From: Octopus sinensis
Lineage: Eukaryota
Reading direction: 5' to 3'
Length of the DNA stretch: 43,364 nt
NCBI RefSeq assembly: GCF_006345805.1
Contig: NW_021834995.1
Coordinates: 1-43,364, forward strand
Positions 23,450 through 33,669 of the stretch are shown piece by piece. Made by a program: the position numbers and the translations under genes. The notes below the pieces were generated by a model, which worked only from the letters and a program-made list of their open reading frames with translations, was not told the DNA's origin and did no database searches. How positions within the stretch are numbered: position 1 is the stretch's first letter; the number at the start of each line of letters is the position of its first letter.

Positions 23450-24560
23450 TGGATAGAAATATTTGGAGATTTTATAACTGGATGATATTTGACATGCAGA
23501 AATGAAAGAAAAGGTTAGCAAGACATATTATAAAGAGTAAAAATGATTTTAAAATATAACCTGAACATGAGAAATCTAGCCATTGCAATGAGTACCTTGG
23601 TAGTTGCAGTAGTTAGCTATAGTGTATCCATTCTCAGGTGGACTGATGAAGAAATATCAAATTTGGATAGAAAGATGAGAAAGTTAATGACACGGAGCTT
23701 TACACTCTAAACCAAATGTAAATAGACTGTATGTGAAGAGAAAGAATAGTGGCAGAGATCTCATCAGTGTAAATTATTGGGTGAGGAGTTAAAAGAGAAA
23801 ACTTTTTAAATACTTGATAAAGAGTGACGAAGGGCTGTTGCAAAATGCAGCAGAAAATATGCATACAAATACAGATGAAGTGTTTGGTAAGGAAGAGTTT
23901 AACCAAAGAGTTGAAGAGAAGAGAAAAAAGATCTGGGAATGAGAATGCATGGTCAGCTTGAAAAAGATACACAGAATATCAAGGATAAAACAACATTATG
24001 GACATGCCTTGCAATGCGATTTGAAGCATACCTGAAACCCTTATGAATGCAACACAAGACTATGCTCTTGTTACCAATTTGCTGAAGTATAACACCTACA
24101 AAACTTCTGACACCCATAAATGCAGACTCTCTGAAAAGAAAATGGAAAGTGTAACCCATTTGGTAGTGGATGTAAGACCCTTGCACAAAAAGAATACAAA
24201 CAACACCATGATAAAGTCAGTTTATACCTTCATTGGCTTTTATGTTGTAAATGCTAATATATGTAACAAAGAATTAGTATGAGCATGTGCCTAGTAATGC
24301 AGGAGGATGAGAAAGTAATGATATTCCGGGATTGTGATTTTCTGACTGATAAAGTAATTAAGCATCACCGACTGGACATGTATTGAACAAGAAAGACAAA
24401 TATAGTTAGATCATTAATGTAGTTATACTAAATATGAATATAGTAAAGAGGTTAATAAAAATCACCAAGTACTCCAAAATGAAAGTGGAAATGGCAAAAC
24501 AGTTCGGTATGCAAGAAGGTAATGTAAAAGTGATACCAATTGCGACAGGGATTAATGGTC
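23450..24560 (+). mobile_element. Degraded R4/Dong-clade LINE fragment
   Basis: YYKRVKMILKYNLN, VSYSVSILRW, LDRKMRKLM, VNRLYVKRKNSGRDL, KCRLSEKKMESVTHLV, DCDFLTDKVIKHHR, VKVIPI across frames. Confidence 0.8.
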
Positions 24561-25226
24561 AATCCTACTAAAATTTCAAGACTTCTTAATTCTATTTTTT
24601 ACCTTGTTTTTGTATTCAGTTCTTCTGTTTGTGTGTATGTGTGTGTGAGAGAGAGAGAGAGAGAGATGTGGATTATATATATAGCTGCATTTATATTACA
24701 CTACACTAGCTCTTGCTGCTTCTATTTTTACACTGACTATTTAGGAAGAGTCAGGGATTTGTTATTTAAAATTTTTAAAAAGTCAATGTGAGAGACAGTC
24801 ATATGTTAGTTATTTAAAGACACAAGACAGACATTCACTGATGCAACCAAGCTCAGTTAACAATCAATTATCTCTTCAAAGTCCATTATTGTAACCTTGT
24901 GCCACAAGAATAAAGCTATTTTTACTGGGTCAAACTATGTGTAACACTGCCAGTGTATTTCATTATGGTTGCATCTGAACAATGTGTTAATACTTGCTAT
25001 AAAACTATATCATTGTTGTTTAACACAAGGAAAACCTTGATTAAGCAGCTCTATGATTACAATGCATTCTAGGCAGTAACATCTTATCCTTCAGGAGATA
25101 ACTACATTATTTAATGTATCCATTCCTTACTTAAGATAGTAAAATATGACTTGAAAGAGATTTAGTTACATTTTCTATACAGAGCCTCTTTATTGGTTCA
25201 GGCGTGTTGTGTATGTGTATATATAT

Positions 25227-25635
25227 CCTCGGGGGAGCTTTCCAGTTTCCGCACGTGTACTGACTTGATGGCAAAACCAACACCAGCCTCACGACGCTCT
25301 TCGCTGCTGCGACCACTCCAAAAGAAAGTGTAGCCGCCGCCTGTCTCTGTCAGCTGGCCTTTGTCTGCAAGGCGGGTCTCGCTCAGTGCTGCAATATCGA
25401 CATTGTATCGGCTCAGTTCTCTGGCCACCAGGGCAGTTCGTCTCTCTGGTCTGTCCGCTTTGGTGTTGTCAAGTAGAGTTCTCACGTTCCAAGTTGCGAA
25501 AGTGAGCACCTTTGTTTGTTTTCTTCTTTCTTTGTTTCGACCGCTTGGAAAGGATCCCCGCCAGCCGCAGTTTGCTGACCAGGGTGAGGTGAGGCAGGCT
25601 ATGTTTAGGGCAACCTTTTCTAGCCCTGTCCTCAT
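25227..25635 (-). pseudogene. RTE ORF N-terminus (APE endonuclease, part 1)
   Basis: TFATWNVRTLLD, RRTALVARELSRYNVDIAALSETR, GYTFFWSG, GVGFAIK, ends KLESSPE. Confidence 0.92.
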
Positions 25636-26228
25636 GCTGGGGAGGCGAGCAGAGCGATCCTGAAGAGGGCTGCTCGGTCACTCAGGAGGCTGCCGGACTC
25701 CACTGCTGCCTCAGTTCAGTGAGGGGTGACCACATGTCCTGAGCCGCCAGTGTGTGGGTTCACGACTGCAGCTCCCAGTGTATCCTCACCTGCTACTTCG
25801 CCGTTTCCCCATCGCCACAGGACTTTGTGATGGTGTCATGACGTCATGATGTCGTGACATGTGCATGACTTGGATTATAGTGAGGGTGACTTGCGCAGGA
25901 TCAGCCTCACTCTCTTGTCCTGGTGCGCCGGATCCAGTGGCAAGACAAAGTCAAGACGACTGGGGTAGACCAGGATGCAGGAGCTGCCGGAAGGTGGCAC
26001 GCATGGCGCACTTAGGGGCTCCACTCCGGATTTTGGATGGCCATTGACTCATGAGAGAGTTCCTCTGCCCTTTGACAGGTTTTGTTTTTAGTCCTGCTGG
26101 GTGTCCAAATCACCCTCCTCACCAAGAAATCTTGGTGGGGTTGCCAGTTTAGTCACCAACGACCCGACCATGTAACAGGTTGTACTGGGTTACATGTTAC
26201 CAGCAGCTCCAAGCGGAGACCTGACACT

Positions 26229-26943
26229 AACTTGGTCTAGAGTTTCAAGGGCGATGGAATGAACCGTGTCCCTGAATGATTCCCACTGCTCATCGATGCT
26301 GGACTGGTCATTCCGAATGTCCAACAGCTTGCTGTCCATACGTGACTGGAGATCTTGTGCAGTCAGCTGGTTCTTTAATTTCGTGATGTTAAGCTTCCTC
26401 GTCACTTTCTGACCCTGTGGTCTTCTCTTAGGTCGGATGTAGAAATCCATCCTGGAGATGATGAGGCGATGGTCCGTCCAGCAATCAGCTCCGCACATGG
26501 CTTTGACCAGTCTCACGTCCCACCTGTCTTTCGCCCTGACGATGACGTAATCTATCAGATGCCAGTGTTTGGAGCGTGGTTGCATCCATGATGTCTTGTT
26601 GCGTGTTGGCAGACGGAACAAGGTGTTGGCGATGGTAAGATCATGAGAGGCACACGCACGCAGGAAGAGCTGCCCGTTGTTGTTGCACTTTCCAATTCCT
26701 TGCTTTCCCAGTACGCGATGCCAGGCTTGGTGGTCAGTCCCGACATGGGCGTTAAAATCCCCAAGGAAGATGAGCTTCCCAGGCTGGGCTGACGTGATGA
26801 GGGAGTCGAGTTCCTCATAGAACCTGTCCTTAACTTCTTCAGGGTTGGTCATGGTGGGGGCGTAAGCACTGATGATGGTCGCACTAGTCTTGTTTCCAAG
26901 TGGGAGCTGCATCTTCTTCAGCCGATCGTTGATACCCTCGGGG
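26229..26943 (-). pseudogene. RTE APE endonuclease, part 2
   Basis: PEGINDRL, TIISAYAPT, LGDFNAHVG, HWHLIDYVIVR, WTDHRLI, WESFRDTVHS. Confidence 0.92.
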
Positions 26944-28931
26944 ATACGCAGACAAACACGACACCAAGAAATTCTACAAGGCGCTGAAAGCTGTCTATGG
27001 ACCGCAGTTCTCCTTTGGATCAACCCCCCTGCTCAGCTTGGATGGAACCTCACTCCTGACTAACAAGAAGCTGATCCTGGAGAGATGGGCGGAGCATTTC
27101 AACATCGTGCTCAACCGACCAGCCCAGATCAACGAGGAAGCCATCGCACGACTCCCCCAGGTGCCGACAAACCACGAGCTGGCTGTTCCCCCTGCAGTCG
27201 AGGAAGTGAGCAGAGCCATCAAAAAAATGTCCACCGGCAAAGCTCCAGGCTCTGACGCCATCCCTGCAGAGGTGTTCAAGTCGGGCGGCCCCACCATGAT
27301 CAGTCAGCTCACCAGCCTGTTCCAGTCGATGTGGGACAGGGAACAACTCCCTCAAGATTTCCGGGACGCAACAATCGTCCACATTTATAAGCGGAAAGGA
27401 GATCGGCAGTCCTGTGACAACCACCGAGGAATCTCCCTCTTGTCCATAGCAGGCAAGATCCTGGCCCGAGTCCTGCTTGACCACCTTCTGGAACACTTGG
27501 AGCAAGGCCTTCTCCCTGAGAGCCAGTGTGGCTTCCACGCGGGTCAAGGGACCACTGACATGATATTCGCCGCCCGCCAGCTCCAGGAGAAATGCATGGA
27601 GCAGCACCTTGTCCTCTGCATGACCTTTGTTGACCTCACCAAGGCTTTCGATACAGTCAGTCGGGAGGGACTATGGAAGGTCATGGGAAAATTTGGTTGC
27701 CCCAGCAAATTTATTGCAATTGTCCGCCAGTTCCATGACGGAATGACAGCCAGAGTCCTTGAAGACGGCAACTCATCTGAAGCCTTCCAGGTGACCAACG
27801 GAGTCAGGCAGGGCTGTGTCCTAGCCCCAACACTGTTCAGCATCATGTTCTCGGCAATGCTGTCCGACGCCTTTAGGGACTGCAAGTCCGGTATTGACAT
27901 CAAGTACAGGACAGACGGGAAACTTTTCAACTCCAGAAGATTGCAGGCTGTCACAAAGGTAAGGGAGACAGTCGTCAGAGACTTTCTCTTTGCTGACGAC
28001 TGCACCCTTAATGCAATCGATGAGCAGGAGATGCAGCTCGAGATGGACAGGTTCTCATCAGCCTGTGACAACTTCAGTCTCACCATCAGTGATGTTTCAG
28101 CCAGCTCCCGGCAAACAATACCATGAGCATCAGATAAAGGTGAACGGACGGATCCTACGAGCGGTGGAAAATTTCACCTACCTGGGCAGCACTCACTCCT
28201 GCAATGCCAACATAGATGCTGAAACCATCAACAGAATCTCCAAGGCAAGCAGCGCATTTGGGAGACTGCGAAAGAAAATCTGGGAGCGGAGAGGAATCAG
28301 CCTCAACACCAAGCTGAAAGTCTACCGGGCAGTCGTGCTTACCACCCTACTATACGGCTGCGAGACGTGGACTGCTTACCGAAGGCACGAGCGCCAGATA
28401 AACCACTTCCACCTCAGGTGTCTTCGGAACCTCCTTCACATCCGCTGGCAGGACAAAGTCCCAGACACGGAAGTTCTGAAGCAGGCAGATCTCCCTAGCA
28501 CCATCACAATCATGCGCAAGGCCCAGCTGAGATGGGCGGGCCACGTCTCCCGCATGTCCGACACTCGCATCCCAAAACAGCTCTTCTGCGGTGAACTTAG
28601 CCAGGGCAAACGCAAAGTCGGAGGGTAGAAGAAGCACTTCAAGGACAGTCTCAAGGTCTCTCTCAAAGACTTCTCCATCGGCACAGAGACCTGGGAGACA
28701 CTTGCTGCCGACCGCTCATCCTGGCACAGCGCAATCACCACAGGAGCAGGGACAGCCGAGGAGGGACGGATTCGGTCAGCAGAGCAGAAACGCCAGATGC
28801 GGAAAGCCAGAGCCGCCTGCACCAGTAGCACGGCCCCTACCCACTTCTGCCCCACCTGTGGGAGGGGCTTCCTTGCCCGGATTGACCTCACCAGCCACCT
28901 CCGGTCTCATGGCGGCAGTTCCACCAGATGA
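26942..28931 (+). pseudogene. RTE reverse transcriptase plus C-terminal C2H2 zinc finger (frameshift near 28090, premature TAG at 28626-28628)
   Basis: KAPGSDAIP, NHRGISLLS, DLTKAFDTV, GVRQGCVLAPTLF, LFADDC, FTYLGS, QLRWAGHV; CPTCGRGFLARIDLTSHLRSH at 28848-28910; TGA at 28929-28931. Confidence 0.93.
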
Positions 28932-29659
28932 TGTCAGTGGTCATCTTCGAACCCGAAGGACGAACATTATTATTGTATGTGTATATGCAGTTTTGTTTGT
29001 GGAATATGATGCTGTGTGTGGTGTGAATGGTATTGTTGCTTAGAACCCATGTCAACCCTGACCCAGTATACTTATGAACAAAAGTAATCCAACCATCCAA
29101 TATAGTATTTCAGACATAATATATCTAGATCCAATGTATCTAATGTGTTCTTCCTGATTTTTAAGAAGGTAGAGTGTGATTAAAGATGTATTTGGATACA
29201 ATTTCCAGCAGATCTTTTAATTCAAATTATAGCAATAATAGATACCATGCTATGTTTATATAAAATACATATTGCAAATAATAAAGTTAATATTGATTGC
29301 TTACACAAGATACAAGATGAATTCTTGAAAAGGAAACGTTTAGATATATTCATTCTTCATCATCATTTTATGATTAAGATACATATGAAGAGAAAACCCA
29401 CTAATCATCGATGTGCATGATCAGTTTGTTTTTATCCTCTTTTTGTTTTGTCTTTGCATGGTCTTTATGACTGGACAGCTTCCATTTCACCAACTCCACT
29501 TTACAGCATAGACTTGGTACAAAATAATGTAAGTAGATCAAGACTAAAAGGTTCCCTTCCACACTGTCTCAGTTACTGCTCTCCTAGATGAGTTACTTTC
29601 AATCAAACAGTTTTAGTAAAATACTGTAATTATTTAATTGACTCCTACCACATGTATTG

Positions 29660-29850
29660 GTAGTATAATTAGAAAATCAGACAAAATGACAAGTGATATG
29701 TGTTCCAACTCTTGATGTTCTGAGTTCAAATCCTGCCCAAGTCAACTTTGCCTTGCACTCTTAGAAATTGATAAAATAAAATACCAGTCAAGTATTAGGG
29801 TTGAATTAATCAACACACACACACACACACACAATTTGTGGCCTGCTGAT
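29660..29850 (+). mobile_element. SINE-A copy (plus orientation, degraded)
   Basis: gttctgagttcaaatcctgcccaagtcaactttgcc...gataaaataaaataccagtc. Confidence 0.7.
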
Positions 29851-30249
29851 TTAAGAAATTATTATTTTACTGACTCCTAAGGCTAAGTGGTAGACCAAAT
29901 CCAGCTGCTGGGTTAAACACTCCCTCATGACCTTAGGGAGTCTTTAATGGAGTCCACTCCCCCTACAAGAAACCTGTTCAGGTCTGTGGTTTGATAAACT
30001 TGAGATGCAACATTCTGTACCAGCAATCCACCAATTGGTGGTTGTTCCCCCCCACCACTTCACCTCTAAATAGTCTTGGAGGCTCAGTAAAGATCATATT
30101 GTGTTACTGTTGCCACTCTATTTCTTCAAATTAAACCATTAAAAATGTTTTAAAGGTCAAGCCACCATACAGAGGACTGCTCTTAAATTATATTGGTGCA
30201 ATTGTGTGTGTGTGATTGTGCACATGCATGCATGCACATGTACATGTAT

Positions 30250-30440
30250 TTCTACTATAGGCACAAGTCCTGATATTTTGGAAGTGGGGTAAGTCAATTA
30301 CATCAACCCAAGTGCACAACACTGACCCTGAAAGGATGAAAGGCAAAGTTGACCTCAGTGGAATTTGAACTCAGAATGTAAACAGATGAAATGTCACAAA
30401 AGCATTTTGTCCAGTGTGCTAATGATTCTGCTAGCTCATC
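30250..30440 (-). mobile_element. SINE-A copy
   Basis: ttctactataggcacaag...ccctgaaaggatgaaaggcaaagttgacctcagtggaatttgaactcagaa. Confidence 0.85.
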
Positions 30441-31078
30441 ACATTTTTCTTCAAAATAATAATGAAAACAACTTTGGTTGACAGAAACAGAGCAGAATCT
30501 TATTACAATGGCAGTATCATTAGTATGTCAGACAAACACTTTAAAACAAAACAAAAACTGATAAGTAGCTGTTTTAAAAGTGTATTTGTAGTGCACACAC
30601 ATGCATGTGCATGCACACATTTCATTTATTTTATATTGCATTTTGTTAAACAATAGCATTCATCAGTCACAGAGCAATCATTGATTCATGGTAATGACAG
30701 TATGGACAAAGAAGCATCCATGTAATTCAGGCAAAATAAATACTCCCAAGGAGTGTTTGAATGCACTGGTTTATATGATTTACTCACAAATGTTTACATC
30801 TTTTACTTATATACATCACTGAAAGAAAGTTAAACAAATACACACACACACATCTGTATAGATATTTGATATGACCATTCCTCACAATTAAATACGACTT
30901 GGTGTCAACATGCATTGTACTTCTGCTAATGCTTTTAAGTACCCATGATGTTGCAAGTAAACACAGACACCCTACCCATCCACATACAAACACCAAAAAA
31001 ACAAAAAGGATAAAGTAGAAAATTGAACTTAGAACATAGAAAGCTGGAAGAAATGTCACAAAGTATTCTTCTGCCTGA

Positions 31079-31145
31079 TGCTTTAATGATTCTGTCACTG
31101 ACAGGATTCTACACAAAGCCTGTCAGTGACAGAATCATTAAAGCA
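31079..31145. repeat. Perfect 27-bp inverted repeat with 13-nt loop
   Basis: tgctttaatgattctgtcactgacagg (31079-31105) and cctgtcagtgacagaatcattaaagca (31119-31145) are exact reverse complements. Confidence 0.97.
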
Positions 31146-31827
31146 ATGTTCCAAACTCAAATGATGGGTCAGACAACCAATCATTACAGATCGTGTGGAG
31201 CCTATAAAAGGCAAGTCGATGCCAATATGCCATAATAGAAATTGGTCTCACTACAAGTTGCAACAACATTCTCCAGGGGACATACAAAGTGGTTATATGA
31301 GAATCCTGATGTGAAGTGGTTTATTTGACTGTTGAAATAAGGCTAGTAGCCACAGCAGAGTGGTTAATTTTTAATGTTGTGAACTAAAAGCTATGGGTTT
31401 GATTTCCATCAGTAATACACTTTTAGTTCTCTTTCGTAAATCCTCTGTATTTTACAAACAAATGTATCTAAAAATATTTAATGTGGATGCTAAATGAAAG
31501 CTGATTTCAGTTTACTTTAAAAGATTTTAACTTTACATTTGTTATTTTAAATAGAAACTTTAAAAAATGTTACTTCAAAACCTTGCATAAATATAAAAAT
31601 TTGAAAATCTATTCTAAGTGGAAATTTGAAAAAATAATGGTGAAGGAGGTAAAGAATGGCAAATGAAGAGAAGAGTCACAGGAAATGTCCCAGAAAAATA
31701 GCAAAACTATGTTAATAATAATAATGATTATAATTATTATTAAATGACTATTAAGTCAATATAATTATGACACATTATAATACAATAATAAACTAATAAA
31801 ATATCCAGATATAAAGATCCAGATATA

Positions 31828-32225
31828 GGCGCAGGAGTGGCTGAGTGGTAAGTAGCTTGTTTACCAACCACATGGTTCCGGGTTCAGTCCCACTGCGTGG
31901 CACCTTGGGCAAGTGTCTTCTACTATAGCCTCGGGCTGACCAAACCCTTGTGAGTGGATTTGGTAGACGGAAACTGAAAGAAGCCTGTTGTATATATGTA
32001 TATATATATATGCGTGTGTGTGTTTGCGTGTCTGTGTTTGTCCCCCTAGCACTGCTTGACAACCAATGCTGGTGTGTTTATGTCCCCGTTACTTAGCGGT
32101 TCAGCAAAAGAGAACGATAGAATAAGTACTGGGCTTACAAAAGAATAAGTCCCGGGGTCGAATTGCTTGATTAAAGGTGGTGCTCCAGCATGGCTGCAGT
32201 CAAATGATTGAAACAAGTAAAAGAG
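31828..32225 (+). mobile_element. CORE-like tRNA-derived SINE with a 26-bp TSD, inserted into an R4/Dong remnant
   Basis: A box tggctgagtgg, B box ggttcagtccc, CORE-like accttgggcaagt. taataaaatatccagatataaagatc occurs at 31794-31819 and 32226-32251. Right flank reads KISRYKDLEIK...TIPIIIDALG. Confidence 0.9.
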
Positions 32226-32663
32226 TAATAAAATATCCAGATATAAAGATCTGGAAATAAAGACATCCAGACTGAAAACGGAAACAATTCCCATAATAAT
32301 AGACGCTTTAGGAATGGTTAAAAAACATGCAAATACATAGCAATAATAATAGCATAATCATCATTGTCAACAACACCTAAAGTGAGGGAGAGGTGACAGA
32401 AAAATGTCTCTACAGCAGTAGCAAAAACTACAATGGAAGAGGAACCTTTTCAAAATAATAATGGTACCCCTCCTCAGAGTACTGATAAACACAATGACAA
32501 GGGTTTGTAAGACTGAGAATGACCATCCTTCAAAGATCAAACGTTTAAGAAACAGAATTATATAACAGTTAGTGTTGGATTACAATGAAATGAAAGAGGT
32601 GTATCCTGAAGATGTGGCTTATGTAATTCTACAGGCTCAAAAAAATGTTCTTTTTTTTTTACC

Positions 32664-33010
32664 TTTTCTACTCTAGGCACAAGGCCTGAAATTTTTGGGG
32701 AGGAGGCCAGTCAATTAGATCAACATCAGTATGTAAGTGGTACTTAATTTATCAACCCCGAAAGGATGAAAAGCAAAGTCGACTTCAGCAGAACTTGAGG
32801 CTCAAAAAATGTTAACAGGCACCTTTGGGTACATGCAACAGCAGTACAAAGCAATACCAACTACTCTGATACTTGACTGGTACTTTATTTTATTGACAAT
32901 GGAGGAATAAAAGGCAAAGCTGACCTTGGCAAGATTTGAACACAGAATATAAAGAGCCAAAACTAATACTGCAATGCATTTTTCCAATGCTCTAATGATA
33001 CTTGCCAAGT
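32664..33010 (-). mobile_element. Two SINE-A copies (about 32664-32805 and 32860-33010)
   Basis: Core ccccgaaaggatgaaaagcaaagtcgac and aaaaggcaaagctgaccttggcaagatttgaac. Confidence 0.75.
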
Positions 33011-33199
33011 CAGGCTAGCTTCTAGTTGCTACTAGCACTAATCTTCATCCACTTTCCCTAGTTTACTGGGTAAGATAAGTGTGTGTAGTCAGCTAGATTG
33101 CAAACCATACACAGAGAAGAGGCTAACAGCCTCTCTGTACATTGAAACATACATTGCAATGCATCTACAACCTCCTTATGTATGTATTTTAATAGTCAT

Positions 33200-33669
33200 T
33201 AGACCGAGACCTCTGGAGATATGCTGTGACTGAGAAGACCTGGCAAACAAAGTGAGCTCACAGCTGTAACCTACACCAGTGTCGTATAACCAGCCCACTC
33301 AAAAGTACCTTGGATTGTAGGGCGACATGCTGTGCTTGAGGAGACCTACTGAGTTAAGTGCATCAAAATCAAATGGAAATTGTAGTTGTGATCCCCATGC
33401 CAGTGGCACGTAAAAAGCACCATCCAAACATGGCCGATGCCAGTGCCGCCTTGACTAGCTTCCATACCAGTGGCACATAAAAAGCACCAACCAATCATGG
33501 TCCTTGCCAGCCTCCTCTGGCCCTTGTACCAGTGGCACATAAAAAGCACCCACTACACTCTTGGAGTGGTTGGCATTAGGAAGAGTATCCAGCAGTAGAA
33601 ACACTGCCAGATCAGACTGTCCAACCCATGCCAGCATGGAAAACAGACATTAAACGATGATGATGATGA
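33200..33669 (+). mobile_element. RTE family 1 3' end
   Basis: agaccgagacctctgg...gagaagacc matches 6538-6580; 3'UTR repeat units present; (GAT)n tail. Confidence 0.9.

Larger units (their letters stand above)
25227..28973 (+). mobile_element. Near full-length BovB-like RTE LINE with rearranged (inverted, permuted) 5' half and a 13-bp TSD
   Basis: Segment A (5'UTR plus endonuclease N-term) on minus 26228-25227; segment B (endonuclease C-term) on minus 26943-26229; segment C (linker, RT, C2H2, 3'UTR, (ATT)n) on plus 26942-28973. tgtatgtgtatat occurs at 25210-25222 and 28974-28986. Confidence 0.93.

Noticed and set aside
27050-28086. Antisense ORFs over LINE ORF2 (also 1759-2298, 5245-5610, 28436-28891)
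   Set aside because: Shadow frames of GC-richer RT or endonuclease coding sequence, with no independent motifs.
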